A DNA stretch of 64,000 nt from assembly GCA_951406725.2 (NCBI GenBank), contig OX597817.1:112158001-112222000 (forward strand). The letters run 5' to 3'. Positions 41,169 to 53,447 of this stretch are shown one piece after another. Source of the DNA: Octopus vulgaris. Lineage: Eukaryota. The translations under genes were made by a program, and so were the position numbers. How positions within the stretch are numbered: the stretch's first letter is position 1; each line of letters starts with the position of its first letter. The notes beneath the pieces are model-generated. The model had not been told where the DNA came from, did no database searches, and worked only from the letters and a program-made list of their open reading frames with translations.

Positions 41169-42017
41169 GTATGTTGACATTTTCTCAACTTCTAATACTT
41201 GTTGATTTTTGAATTCACTCTGATGGTAGGTGGCTGTGATGACAGAAATAAAAGTAGAACTAAGCTGTTAGTGTTTTTTATTGTGGCTGTAGGCACAAGA
41301 AAACTACAATTAAGCATAATGAACCAACAAAAAGCAAACTTTATAATACTGCCATTTTTGCAGAAGCAAAGTATTCCACCATGTTATAACCATTATATCT
41401 TAACAGGTTGAGCATTTGAAAGTTAAGTGTCCTGATCATAGATACTGCACAAAACAGTCCCTAATAATTTAGTAAAGATTCAGTAAGGATATTGCCACAT
41501 GTGTGTGTATGTGCGTGTGTATTTACACCCAAGCATCCATTATATATGAGGCAAGGGTACATTGGATGGTGTTTTTGAATGTATACGAAAAGTTGAGATA
41601 ATATATATGTTACACAATCTTTCTGCTAGTATATATAAAACACTTTGTTTCATTTGTCTAACTTGCATGTGGTAGTGAGAGCTGCTCTGTATCTGTTGAT
41701 GTTTAAAGTAAATTTTTTTCAGTTTTAATCACTTTTTCACAACTGCTGCCATAAGTACACAAAACAGAGACTTTATGAAATGGAAGCCATATGTGTGTGC
41801 ATAATTTTTATCATCCAGATATTTGATTTGTTGCAGGCTACATTGGGTTACAAACCATCAATTGTATAATTTAGTTTACTGCATCAACATCCAAAACCTG
41901 ATAAATTTGGTTGCTGAATTTTCTTTGATCACAATGAAACTTATGTTAAATATTTTTAATGAAATTACATAGCATATGATGTAATTTTTATTTCATTCCT
42001 GTTCTGTTTTATTTCAG

Positions 42018-42153
42018 AATGGCTAGTACAATAATACAAGTTTATCTCAAACAGATTCTTGAATCTTTTATTTGTGCCAATTCTCAAGTACGTGGAGCTG
42101 CATTGGATGTTATACATCTTGTTCTACGGCAAGGCCTAATTCATCCTGTACAA
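42018..42153 (+). CDS. NIPBL: NIPBL exon 30 (MASTIIQVYLKQILESF...QGLIHPVQ)
   Basis: tcag/gtaggt; phase 2/0. Confidence 0.94.
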
Positions 42154-42242
42154 GTAGGTGTCATTGCACTTTTTTTTATTGAAAACAGTAGCATTTATTT
42201 TTGAAATAAGCAAGTTCATATGTTTTGAACAAAGATCATAAA

Positions 42243-42610
42243 TTTTGGGTAATGACTGAAAGAGTATAATTGCAAACACAAGCAGTTAAAATAGGGTTCT
42301 TCCAAACGAGCTTTGGAGTAATGTTATTTAACAGGGTGTGTGGCTTGGAGATCAGGGAGTCTCTCTACATTGAGCTGCTACTTTTCTGCATTGAGAGGTC
42401 ACGTGATTAGAATATTGTAGGAAAGAATTGCAAGATGGATTCTTCTGGCCAAGTCAACCAGCAGGAGACCGAGGGGCAAACCAAAAACAAGATGAATGAT
42501 ATCCAAAATCTCAGTTGGTCATACACATGGAATTCAGCGGGAATTACAATGACAGTTGATTCTGATAGGACCCTATGGAGGAGGTGCCTGAAGACTCTAA
42601 CCCCATCATC
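42243..42610 (+). mobile_element. RTE (Expander/Rex3-like) LINE 3' fragment
   Basis: WVMTERV*LQTQAVKIGF...IRESLYIELLLFCIERS...RRPRGKPKTR...DRTLWRRCL. Confidence 0.75.
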
Positions 42611-43067
42611 ATCTGAAAGAAGCCCATTGTGTGTGTGTGTGTGTGTGTGTGAGAGTGTGAGTGATTGCATGCGTGTGTGTGTGTGTGTGCGCACGCGCGC
42701 AGAAGTATGTGCCTATATCCCCCTCCACTTGATGTCTGTGTGTGCTTATCGTAAACAAAGGTCACTATCTCGCACATTGTGTCATTTATATACAATCCTC
42801 CATGAAAGCATGTTTGGACATTAGATTGTTCATTTGTTTACTTGGAAATAAGTAAAGTGTTAGTGAGGAGAAGAGCATTTAGCCATAGAGAAATCTGCCT
42901 CAACAAACTTTTGTCATATGCAAGCATGGAAAATTGATGTTAAAATGGTTGTGTTGATTATGATTCAAATGGGATTTTTTGGTTTAGAGCATGTATGATA
43001 TAGCGAGAGGGAGAAGGAGCAGAAGTAACTACTGTAAAATTAATACCATAAAAACTTGATTTTTCAG

Positions 43068-43175
43068 TGTGTACCTTACCTTATAACTATGGGAACAGAA
43101 AGTGAAGCTGCTGTCAGGATTAAAGCTGATCAACAGCTACAAGAGATAGATAAGAAATATCCTGGTTTCATTCAT
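43068..43175 (+). CDS. NIPBL: NIPBL exon 31 (CVPYLITMGTE...KADQQLQEIDKKYPGFIH)
   Basis: tcag/gtaagc. Confidence 0.95.
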
Positions 43176-43717
43176 GTAAGCTGATTTATATATAGCAAAT
43201 CTTTAGATTGCTTTATAAAACTAATAGTGTATGTTATTAATAAAAACTAGAATTGTCACTAAGTTCTCAGGCATATATACTTTAATGTCATGACATCTGA
43301 TTCCAAGCTAAAATACCAATTAAAATATACAGATAAATAATAAAGGAATTTTATCAATTGCTTTTTTAAAATCAACATTATTTTGTCATTGAAATTCCTA
43401 TTTTAAATTTAAATTTAAATTTTTCAGAAATACGGGTTAAATAATTTTGTAAAATCTAATTTTTACAAAATAAAAATAAATTTTTCTGATTATAATTATG
43501 GAATCAAATGAATTGAAAGTTCTGTAAACTTCAAAATTAATTTTTCTTTTGGTTTTAGATTGTAGATAAATTAAAAATTATTTTCTGGAGGTAAAATCAG
43601 TATGATGTATTTGCATATTATTTTCATAATTTTTCGTTGAGTATAGTTGTTGATTATAAAATATCTGTATACTTATTTTCATGTATTCAATTTGGGATTA
43701 TTTTTGCTTTTCATTAG

Positions 43718-43918
43718 ATGAAGGCTCTTCAAGGAATTAAGATGTCCTACAAAATACAAAGTATCATTCAAGACCCCTCAGAGCCGGTCCGTGGCCTTAG
43801 AAACATGGATAATTCCTATCAAAGTCTAAATGCATTCCTTTACACTGTCCTTAGAGGAAACAGACAACACAGGCGAGGGCTTCTCACTTCAGTGTTAAAT
43901 TTATTTGATGATTCTGCT
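43718..43918 (+). CDS. NIPBL: NIPBL exon 32 (MKALQGIKMSY...RGNRQHRRGLLTSVLNLFDDSA)
   Basis: ttag/gtaagt. Confidence 0.95.
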
Positions 43919-45072
43919 GTAAGTCACTAATATTTAATTCGGTTATATACTTTGAGCAATGTCTCAAAAAGATCTTTAAAAAATAAAAGAAAATGTTAAT
44001 CTTTTTAGTTATGAAAAATATGTTTTCTAGTATTTAATCCTTAGTTTGTTTTAATATGTTACGCAAATTTGTACATATTTTATTGCTTTAATTTGCATAA
44101 ATGTTAGAACAAATTGATTATGGGTGTTTAATTCTTAATTATGATTTCATTTGACATGGTAAATATAGTCCCTGTGACATTTGGAAATGAATCTGAGAAA
44201 AAATAATTAAAGAGTCTATTATATATATTTTTTGACTGTTGTTAGCAATATTGATATCTTTACTACTGAGTAACACTGGTACCTCTATTTTTAGCTAGAT
44301 TTAGTTTTAGTCCAATAAACAGATATTTTAGTTAGTCATTAAGTGTTAGATATTCTTTATAACAAAGAAAAAAATTAATCAAGTCATCATCATCATTGCT
44401 GTTGTTGTTGCTACAATTGCCATCTCTTTTATTTTCTCTGCTGTTATTGGTTGGGTAGGTTTACCATACACTACCTGTTGCGATCCTTTATTATTTCATC
44501 TGTGAGATGCAGCATCCTGAGGTTTTGTATCTTTTGTGTATCTTTTTGCTTGCACTGACTACGGCATAGTATCAAGTTTCTACCAACTATCATCCTTACA
44601 TCAAATAAAGCCACTTCACAAATGGTATTGATATTTTGTGCTTTCTGTCTCTAATTAGAACTTTTGGTATTTGCCATGTTGCCTTTCAAACTTGGGACTC
44701 TGAAACATTCTAGGATTGGGATTTTTTTTTTTTTGTAGTTCCTCAGTGGATTATTCAATATAAACCAGGTTATAAAATTTCAAAACTCTCTTAAGTTTTA
44801 TGTAATCCATGCCAGCATGAAAAAAGTAGATGCAAAAACAGTGAAGAGGATGGTGTCAGATTATATTGGTTATGGATGGGGTGGGGGCTGTTTAGTTCAT
44901 AAATAAGTTATTTGTTACGATATTGAGATTTCACTGATTCTTAAAGAAAGGTAAACAAAACAACTGAAAGCAAACTATAGGTTTCTGATGTTGAATTTGT
45001 CAAATAAACATTTCCATTTGTCTTATTTAATTGCACTCTATATTATCATTTGATGATATTTTATTATTTCAG

Positions 45073-45219
45073 AGAGTATCATTAGAAGAGTTGTTATATG
45101 TTGCTGACAATTTGGCGTTCTTTCCTTACCAAACACAAGATGAACCTTTATTTATCATTCACCAAATAGACATCATTGTATCAGTCTCAGGATCAAATTT
45201 GTTACAGTCTTTCAAAGAA
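45073..45219 (+). CDS. NIPBL: NIPBL exon 33 (RVSLEELLYVADNLAFFPYQTQDEPLF...SGSNLLQSFKE)
   Basis: tcag/gtaagt. Confidence 0.95.
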
Positions 45220-45323
45220 GTAAGTATTTTTCTTTCTTTGTTCAGAATTTTTTTTATAATACTTGATTGTTATTGTTTTCAGTACATTAAGAAAATTGAT
45301 AGAAATTTCTTGTAACACATGAA

Positions 45324-45511
45324 CCCTTTAGCATTCTTACATTGTCTTTAATTAATCATGCATTATCTTGCAGTTTCAATATTTCAATGAGGTGATTGTT
45401 TATTTTCAAAATGACATTGTAGTATAGGTATGAGAGGTCAGATCTAGTCAGTTTGAAGACAAACCATATAGAATATTTGGGCCAGATTTGGCTGGTCAAA
45501 ATGCTAAAGAG
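45324..45511. mobile_element. piggyBac-like MITE copy (same orientation as 8508)
   Basis: ccctttagcatt...aatgctaaagag-ttaa. Confidence 0.75.
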
Positions 45512-45731
45512 TTAAAGTAATTTGTACTAAAAATTGATGAGTATTTCTTTTGTCTGTTTCCATTAATTTAAACTTTAAATTTACTTATTAACTTCATGAT
45601 ATGAAATGCCCCTTTTTTCTTTTTTGCGTTGTTTCTTAACATACTTGATGGTTTCTTCTCTATTACTCACAAATGTATTCTGAAAACCAGAGAAAAAATT
45701 TATATAATATTGTATTTTTTTTTTGTTTCAG

Positions 45732-45828
45732 GGAATATTTATGAAAAATAACTCAAATCAAAATAGTGATAAAAGGAAAAAAGATTTTTATGATGATGAA
45801 GAAGAAGAAGATATAGAAACTTTAATGG
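45732..45828 (+). CDS. NIPBL: NIPBL exon 34 (GIFMKNNSNQNSDKRKKDFYDDEEEEDIETLM)
   Basis: tcag/gtaaat; phase 0/1 is required to keep the frame into the next exon. Confidence 0.88.
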
Positions 45829-46323
45829 GTAAATGCCATTACATTTGTATGTTCAGTTATCTTTGGCTGTAATTGTGGAATAAGTATAAAGAGTAATAAA
45901 GTCTTTTAGTTTTAGATTAATTTAACAAAAGAGGTGCAATGTGTTAAACAATAGAAAATGATTAAAAGTAGTTTTGCATTAATTGACATAACCAAATGTG
46001 AAGTGGAACAGTTAAGATGTTCACTTTACAGTTATGTAATTTCTAATGTGTGGCGCTTTTGGGTAGGTCTACTTTCCCACTACCTCTGGTAACCTGAGCC
46101 ATGTAAGTGAAATTGGGTCAGCAGAAACTGTGCAGAATCTCAAGATTCTGCTTATTCTGTCATACTGTCTAACCCTTCCGAGGTCGACTTTGTCTTTCAT
46201 CCTTTTGGAATCAGTGAAATAAGTAACAGTTGAGCATTGGGATTGATGTAATCAATTAACTCCCTCCACCAAAATTTCAGGCTGTGTGTGTATAGTTGAA
46301 AGGACTATCAATTTTCAATTTAC

Positions 46324-46551
46324 TAACACTTTTGATGCCAACCCACCTAAGAACACCTTGGTTCTATATGATATAAACTTCTTGTTTTACAGTTATCTAA
46401 ATTAAAACTTTCCCTCAAAATTTCATGCTGAGATGTTCCAAGCATCAACTTAATAACAAGAAAATAATTTTACTAAATTCTTTATTATTTTTAAAATTAA
46501 TTGAAGCAAAAGCACTGTATATCAACAGAAATATGGTAATGAATGGGTTAA
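46324..46551. mobile_element. Possible second TTAA-type MITE family
   Basis: taacacttttgatgcca ... tggtaatgaatgggttaa imperfect termini. Confidence 0.4.
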
Positions 46552-46619
46552 GATGTCTGAACTTTTAATTGTAAATTTTGTTGCCTTTTTAAATATTCAT
46601 GCTTCATTTTTCATTGCAG

Positions 46620-46737
46620 AAAAGCTGCAAAGTTGCAACATTCAACCTTTGCAAGAAATTTGCAGAATTTCCCAGGGCTGTATTCTTTTATTGGTATTAA
46701 AACAGCATTTAAAAGACTTATATGGCTTCACTGACAG
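46620..46737 (+). CDS. NIPBL: NIPBL exon 35 (EKLQSC...SQGCILLLVLKQHLKDLYGFTD)
   Basis: gcag/gtaagg; phase 1/2. Confidence 0.94.
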
Positions 46738-47625
46738 GTAAGGTTCAATTTAATTCAAGACATTTCAACAAACTCTGCAAGGTAGTACTCCAGCATGGCC
46801 ACAGTCTAATGACTGAAACAAGTAAAAGATGGATTATTTATGATGTTTTTTGGTTTCATAATGATTTTACTGGAGTTTTTATGGTCTGAACAGAGAGTGA
46901 TAATGTTGATGTGGTTAGTGTTTAGCTTAAACTTCTCCAGAGAAAACTTGGCCTGAGTGGAAACTTCAGAACACTACAATACTAGACAGAAAATGTTTGA
47001 TATAAGCTTTGGAGGAGTGAGAAGCTGTTGGGATTTTAAGAAAAAAAGGCAAGTGCAGTTGCTTTGATGGCACATATCTTGCTAAAGATTTAGGAACCAC
47101 TGCAGTAATGATAGAAAAGACAGAGAATGTATCTAGCACATTGGTAACATTTTGATAATTGAAAGGCTTGCCAATCAGTTGGATATTTTCATTGCAATCT
47201 TGTATGTTTGTTCCTGATATATTGAACAGTACTTTAATTTGAGATACACTTAAGCCTTGTAGAGGATCGATAGTTGATCAGAATTGGAGTAGTGTTTGAA
47301 CCCGAAGCGAGTTTCTCCTTTGAGATATAATTTAGCTATGTTATAGCTATATGGTTCTGTTGTGTCGATGCCCCCAGACAATGAAGTAGGCTAGCCCAAT
47401 ACGTAAATATAGAGGGAGAAGTCTAGACGTTGAGGAGTTGAGTAGAGGTCATCCGAACATGTGATATAACAGTGGCGATGAGGATTTCGTGACTTACACA
47501 GCCACTGTGTAGTATTGCGATATAACAGGTTCACATGCAAGATCATCAAAAAATATGTTGCTATTCAATGAGACCAGGCTGTTGTCTCTGTTAAAAGATG
47601 CTTTCATATCTTTGTGGAAGTAATT

Positions 47626-47684
<59 letters not shown>

Positions 47685-49103
47685 CATGTGGATGCCTGTA
47701 TAGGTGAAAAGTTATTAAACTAAGAAAAGTTGTATTATCTATATTGGTTAAAAGTAATGTAGACAATTCTTGATTTGTTAAAAAAAACAAAACAAGAATT
47801 ATATAAAAGAATTACAGAATTCTGAAGTACATCAAAATTTGTAAGAATATGTTAGAGTGAGGGCTCTTGATACAATGAAGTGGTCTGACATGATAAGAAA
47901 CAAGTAGTGACTAAAATAGACAACTCTGAGAATGTTGAAGTCTATGTTATTGCTTTCATTGAAGTTATCAGGGTCCAGGGAACATCTGAGAATAGCGTAA
48001 GGATAATACTTTTGGTGGTTATGGGTCTAGGAAAACTGCCAGCAGTCAATGAGGTGAAGATATTCAAAATAATAAAAGTTGTGTCTCTTTACTATTTTCC
48101 CCACGTATAAGATGGTGAAAATAGAAAAGTAGTTCAGATTTATGTGGTGTTGCTCTTCTTGATGAAGCACACTCACACATTTCTATAAATTGGGATAGTT
48201 ATCTGTTGAAATAATTCAGTAATTTAGTGACGGGTGGTGAATGTTTAGAAGCAGTAGATTATTTGAGGGCTAATAGATGGTATACTGACAGGTCTAGTAA
48301 ACCGAGGTTGAAGTGACAACATAAGTGTGTTTATAATGGGAAGGTGACCAGAGGGGAGGAATTCACTATAGGGTTTTGCTCTCGTGTTGTTATTAGTTAT
48401 TATAGTTTGTTTTTCTGTGAACTCTGCTCTTGCTGTATGCACTGCTTCTCCCCACCTATTCATTTTCTATAGCTCCACCACCACCACCACCTCAACACAC
48501 TCTCATCTCTCCATCTTTAGCCTACCCCCACGACCCTTACACCTCTCCTCTTCAGTATTTCTCTCCAAGTCTTTGCTATGCCTATCTAATTTTGCCTTCC
48601 ATGTCCCCTTTACCTTGTGACTTACATTCATACTCATTTTATAATGTGGTTTAGCCATGAAATTCCCCTATCTTATTAGACTTAGCCCTTTGTCCCTCCT
48701 TTTCTCACTAATTTCTTTCCTATTCCCTATCCCCTTTCTCATCCGTACTTCCCGCCCTAGTAGTGTCTACATTACCTTCTCTACTCCTGCCTAGAATCAT
48801 TAGACTCTTTCTCTGCTATTTTCTTTCATTTACAAGGGTCTGTTTACTCCCTTAGTCTTACAAGTTGCAAAGCAATCTTACTAGTGCTGGTGCCATGAAA
48901 AAGCAGATGTTGGGGCTCTTTTTGGTCTTCTGACTCATTGAATCCTGTCAAACCATCAAACCCATGCTAGTATGAAATACCACATAAGTGAGGTTGATGT
49001 TGATGATAGTATATTAAATAAATCTTTTTTTTAAGTTTTATATTTTATTATGGTAATATACAATAACATTGAAAAATAACATAAATTTATTTTCTAATTT
49101 CAG

Positions 49104-49275
49104 TAAAATATACCGGTACTCCCCAACAGAAGCAGCCAAAATTTATGACAAACCGTTGTCTCGGAAATTTTGTGTTGAATTTACACCAACATCAACTATA
49201 GAATTATTGAAAAAAGGTACAGAAAAGTTAGTTGAGAGGGAAGCCCGAAGGAAATTGGTTGAAGAATATTTAGAT
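49104..49275 (+). CDS. NIPBL: NIPBL exon 36 (KIYRYSPTEAAKIYDKPLSRK...EEYLD)
   Basis: tcag/gtgaga; phase 2/0. Confidence 0.94.
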
Positions 49276-49384
49276 GTGAGAGCATTTTTAATCTTTGTTT
49301 TATTCCAAGTTACTTTCTTTACCGAACTCTAGAATAATATTTCTTCTGTCAACTGAATAATAAAAGTATGTGTTATAATTAATA

Positions 49385-49494
49385 CCTTTCATCCTTTTGG
49401 GTGGGCCAATAAAATAAGTACCAGTTTAGTACTGGGTTCGATGTAATCAACTTACCCAATCCCCCAAAATTTCAGGACTTGTGCCTTTAGTAGA

Positions 49495-49541
<47 letters not shown>

Positions 49542-49596
49542 TTATTATGATGATGAAGATTATTTATTTATTATTATGTTGATGATGATGATTTAT

Positions 49597-49630
<34 letters not shown>

Positions 49631-49888
49631 ACAACGACAACAACAACTAATCAATCAATCAATCATCAATCAATCATCAATCAATCAATCAATCAATCGA
49701 TCAATCTTATTATTATTATTAATTCTGTCAAAATCGGCTTTACCTTTCATCCTTTCAGGGTTGATAAAGTAAGTACCAGTTGAGCACTGAGGTTGATGTA
49801 ATTGATGTACCCACCCCTTTACTTCCTGGCCTTGTGCCAAAATTTGAAGTCATTATTGTTCTTATTATCATCATTATCATCATCATTG
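49385..49888 (+). repeat. Two 5'-truncated SINE A copies separated by a compound microsatellite (TTA/ATG/CAT/CAA/TCAA)n
   Basis: cctttcatccttt...aagtaccagtt body twice; simple repeats at 49498-49720. Confidence 0.8.
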
Positions 49889-50106
49889 GAGTAGAAATTT
49901 TTTTTACCTAAAATGTTACTACTAAGGTGTATTTGTATGTATGATACATTTAAAAATATATTGTTTGAATTCTTGTTATTTTTAGTCATTGCATTCATTT
50001 AATACATTCAATAGTTTTGCTAAAATAAAAGACAGAAAACTTATTTCCTGAATAAATCTGATTATTTACAGATTAAACTGTTTTATTTCTTTTCTTTTTT
50101 TTTTAG

Positions 50107-50292
50107 TTTAAGCATTTAATGTTGAGTATTGATCCACCTGATGACAATGACTCTGATGATAACAAGAGTACAGGAAGAGCATCTCCTATACCCAAAAAGC
50201 CAGCAGAAAAGGAAGATGGAGTTGATAAAACACCAGAAAAATCAACTATTGTTGATAAAATTTCTGATGGGAGTGATGGTATCAAACCAAAG
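50107..50292 (+). CDS. NIPBL: NIPBL exon 37 (FKHLMLSIDPPDD...GIKPK)
   Basis: long T tract + ttag, gtatat donor; resembles FKLLMEHLDPDE. Confidence 0.9.
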
Positions 50293-50350
50293 GTATATTT
50301 GTACTTATAAGTAGTTTTCTTTTTTTAAATAATGCTTGTTATCTATATAA

Positions 50351-50570
50351 CCCTTTACCATTTATACTGACCATATTTGGCCCAAATATTTCAGATGGTT
50401 TATGTTCAAATCAGCTATATCTAACCTCTCACATCTACCTTATAATGTCATTCTAAAATTAAACAATCACATCATTGAAATCTTAAAGCCACTAGGTAAT
50501 GCATAATTAATTCAAAGCAATGTGAATAACTAATCATTACATTTGACTGAGTAGTCTGAATGCTAAAGGG
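50351..50570. mobile_element. piggyBac-like MITE copy (same orientation as 34513)
   Basis: ataa-ccctttaccatt...aatgctaaaggg-ataa. Confidence 0.78.
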
Positions 50571-50744
50571 ATAAAGTCCTACTTGCAGTATTGTCTTGGG
50601 CCAGTAGTATGTTAAAATGCCTTTGTCAGAGATGTACTACAGCATTTGTGTTGGAATAAAGGTTAACCCTTCAGCCAGTGGGTAAAAACTACTCTGACAT
50701 AGCTCTCATAGTGTATATTGAAGGAGGAGGATCAGGTCCTTCCT

Positions 50745-50960
50745 GAATCATAGGCTCATAACACCACTTTCATGGGTTCTGTGGCATGTACATTCCCCAC
50801 TGGGTGGGATGTTGGTCTGTTGCAGGATTTCTTATTTTTGCTAGCAAGTGGAGTAGAGCAATGTGAGGTGAAATCCTTTTCTCAGGAGCACAATGTATCA
50901 CCTTGTCCAGGAATTGAAACCATAATCTTACGATCGTGAGTTCAATCACTAAGCCACACA
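50745..50960 (-). mobile_element. tRNA-derived SINE (third family)
   Basis: Minus-strand tgtggcttagtg head and ggtttcaattcctgg B-box-like motif. Confidence 0.55.
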
Positions 50961-51758
50961 TCTCTCCTGTATAGTATATGAAAATTGTTGAAAAAAACAA
51001 GGAGTGTAATGGCATTTGTAGAACTATAAGAATGCAAAATTATTTATTTACTCTTCAGTTTCATAATCATTTTAAAATATTTGTGTTTTACAAATTCTTG
51101 GTTGTGACTTCGAGAGTGATCATCATCTTCTATATATGTTGTTTCAAATCAACAAGAGAGCCTCTACATGTTTACTTAAACTAATAGAATTAACAGCCAG
51201 GTCTCTTTGATTATATTGTAATATTTTCAAAAGAAAAGAACATATTGGATAATGTTGTCTTAGATATGCAATTCTTGAGACAAGTAGGACAGTCCTGGCA
51301 GAAATAGCCATGGCTTCAACACTTTTTAATCATAGGTCTGTTCATTCATAACTGACCTAGTGCTGAGCAACAATGATAAACAAAATTCAAAATTACCATT
51401 TTACTCTTCTCTCTTTTAAAGTTATTTTATTAAAGTTCTTATTAGTCTGTTAATCTAATCTCCAATCCAGTTCTGTAAACGAGAGTTTGTAAACCATCTC
51501 CAGTGAAAGTGTGTAAACTTGTTGAACAGTTCTATCTATACTGGCATAAAAATGCAGTTTGAAAAATATTAAAAAGCTATAAATCACGCTCTTGGTAAAC
51601 CATGGTTAATGAATGGTTCCATGTAAAGTATATTCTAAACAAATGATTTCGATGTCCTCCTCCTCCTCCACCATTCTTGTTTTTTTTGTTCCAACTAAGT
51701 TTTTTTTGTGGGGCTGTCATACTTTGTCTTCTTTCTCTAATTATTTCCTTTCTTTCAG

Positions 51759-51962
51759 CCACAACATACAACACGGTCTCACAAGTATGCTGTATTACTC
51801 GAGAAAAAGAAAAGAATTAAAATGACTCCCAAATCCAAACCAACCCCCACACCTCCCCCATCCCAACCACCAAAGAAAAAGCCCAAGAAGAAACGTCGAC
51901 GGAGATTTAGTGAAAGTGAAGAGGATAGTGACAGTGAGGATGATCCAGATTTTGTGGCTTGA
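51759..51962 (+). CDS. NIPBL: NIPBL last coding exon (PQHTTRSHK...KKKPKKKRRRRFSESEEDSDSEDDPDFVA*)
   Basis: strong polypyrimidine tract + cag; open for 67 codons to TGA at 51960-51962. Confidence 0.88.
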   Translation, partial: PQHTTRSHKYAVLLEKKKRIKMTPKSKPTPTPPPSQPPKKKPKKKRRRRFSESEEDSDSEDDPDFVA

Positions 51963-52940
51963 TAGTGTTGGAATAATTTACTGTTTGTTTCTCTCATTTT
52001 CTTGGTTTTACTTCTCACATCCAAAAAAGTTTATTTCTTCTCAAGAAAAAAACAAAACAAAGCAAAAAAAAAACTGCAGATCATCTGTTTGCTGCTGCCA
52101 ATGGCATCATCATTTTCAGTGCATCTTCATTCGTCTCATACCAAAAGACTTTAAAAGAACTACCCATCCATTAATATATTCATCATTGTTTTTGGAGACT
52201 GCATACACGGAAGTCTCTGAAATTTCATCAACCAGTGATAACTCACAGCTACCAAGACACACAGAATCCACAAACGCACATGTACACACACATATACATG
52301 CATCCATACAAACAACCATGCACACATGCACAGTGTATATAAGTGCATCTGCAACAATCACAATCCAACAACTTTTTAAAAAATACTATGAACATATATA
52401 TATATATATATATATGTTTGTTAAAGGACAACTTATAAAAAAAAAAAACAAAACAAAAAGAAAATAGCATCAGCAACAAGCAAACAAAATGTGACCTGTA
52501 TATAAATATATATATTTATATATGTAATGTGGAAGTTATTACCACATTACAGAAGACTAATGAAAGAAATTCAACTCCAAAAATCATTTGGACATTTCAT
52601 TTGACATTTTCATCAAACATCAGCTGTAAACTTTCATCCATTTGCCATCTGTAAAGTTATATGTATTTATTTGTGAATATGTCCATTTTTTATAGTCCCT
52701 ACAGCACCAAAGATGTCTGAAAACAGTGGATCAAAACTAAAGCCTTGTCTTCTGAAAGAAGATGGCAAGTTGTACTGTTTGTTATGATGCTGTAAATGTT
52801 AAAATTAAATTTTCATACTGTATAGTTTACTGAAAGCAAAGAAACAAAAAAAAAAAGAAAAAAAGAAAGAAAAGATTCCACAGGAAAACTTAAAACTAGT
52901 ATTAATTTGTAAGAAATAAAATTTGAAAAAAATATTCAGG
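51963..52940 (+). other. Putative NIPBL 3' UTR (~1 kb)
   Basis: Lies between the stop codon and the AATAAA; AU-rich with UGUAUAUA at 52334 and 52497; no recognisable transposon. Confidence 0.65.
52915..52920 (+). terminator. Polyadenylation signal AATAAA
   Basis: AATAAA followed about 20 nt later by GT-rich cttgtgtggctt. Confidence 0.6.
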
Positions 52941-53084
52941 CTTGTGTGGCTTATCTTGCAAATTTGCTATTGTGAATTTGTTTTCAAGTCAATATCAAAG
53001 TTATGGATGTATAACTATAATAATGTATTGCTGGAAAAACTCATTGATGTCTTGCTGGGGCAGGTAGGAAGTATTACAATAATA

Positions 53085-53447
53085 TATTATTTACATTATT
53101 TATATATGATGGATATTTGTCCTCATCTTGTTTGTTGTTAACACAACGTTTCGGCTGTTATACCCTCCTGCCTTCATCAGGTGTCTTGGGGAAATTTTGA
53201 ACCTGGGTTCTCATCCCTAAGGTATTTTTTGATGTTGTTATTATTATTATTATTATTGTTAAGGTCACTGCCTGGAATCGAACTCGGAATCTTGGGGTTA
53301 GTAGCCCACACTCTTAACCACTACGCCATATGCCCGTGGGTGTAGTGGTTAAGAGTGCTGGCTACTCTTAACAACAAAAAAGATGAGGACAAATATCCGT
53401 CAAATATAAATAATGTACATAATTCCTCTTTTCTTAAATATAGAACT
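53085..53447 (-). mobile_element. Fold-back short element with a tRNA-like head and a hammerhead ribozyme, 14-bp TSD
   Basis: TSD gtattacaataata (53071-53084) / gtattacaacaata (53448-53461); tRNA-like 53263-53335 (-) with A and B boxes; inverted partial copy at 53338-53447. Confidence 0.8.
53140..53185 (-). ncRNA. Minimal type I hammerhead ribozyme motif
   Basis: GACAC-CUGAUGA-A-GGC...GCC-GAAA-C-GUU-GUGUU; palindromic stem III AACGUU. Confidence 0.8.

Larger units (their letters stand above)
1268..51962 (+). other. NIPBL: NIPBL/Nipped-B-like cohesin loader gene, 5'-incomplete; 38 coding exons in the window (HEAT-repeat and C-terminal regions)
   Basis: Exons splice in frame through GT-AG introns (total 4730 nt = 2 + 1576 codons including stop). 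Peptides such as RPLFENFVQDLLSTVNKPEWP, DTGISVRKRVIKI, QGLIHPVQCVPYLI and SVSGSNLLQSFKE match vertebrate NIPBL as I recall it. Confidence 0.97.

Noticed and set aside
46930-48400. Possible decayed minus-strand LINE
   Set aside because: Only faint motif resemblance; I could not support boundaries or family.
51910-52467. 185-aa ORF overlapping the NIPBL end
   Set aside because: Different frame running through low-complexity 3' UTR; no recognisable protein.
53263-53335. Functional tRNA-Ser(ACU) gene
   Set aside because: The acceptor stem pairs poorly, there is no Ser-type long variable arm, and it sits inside a TSD-flanked element; treated as a SINE-type head.
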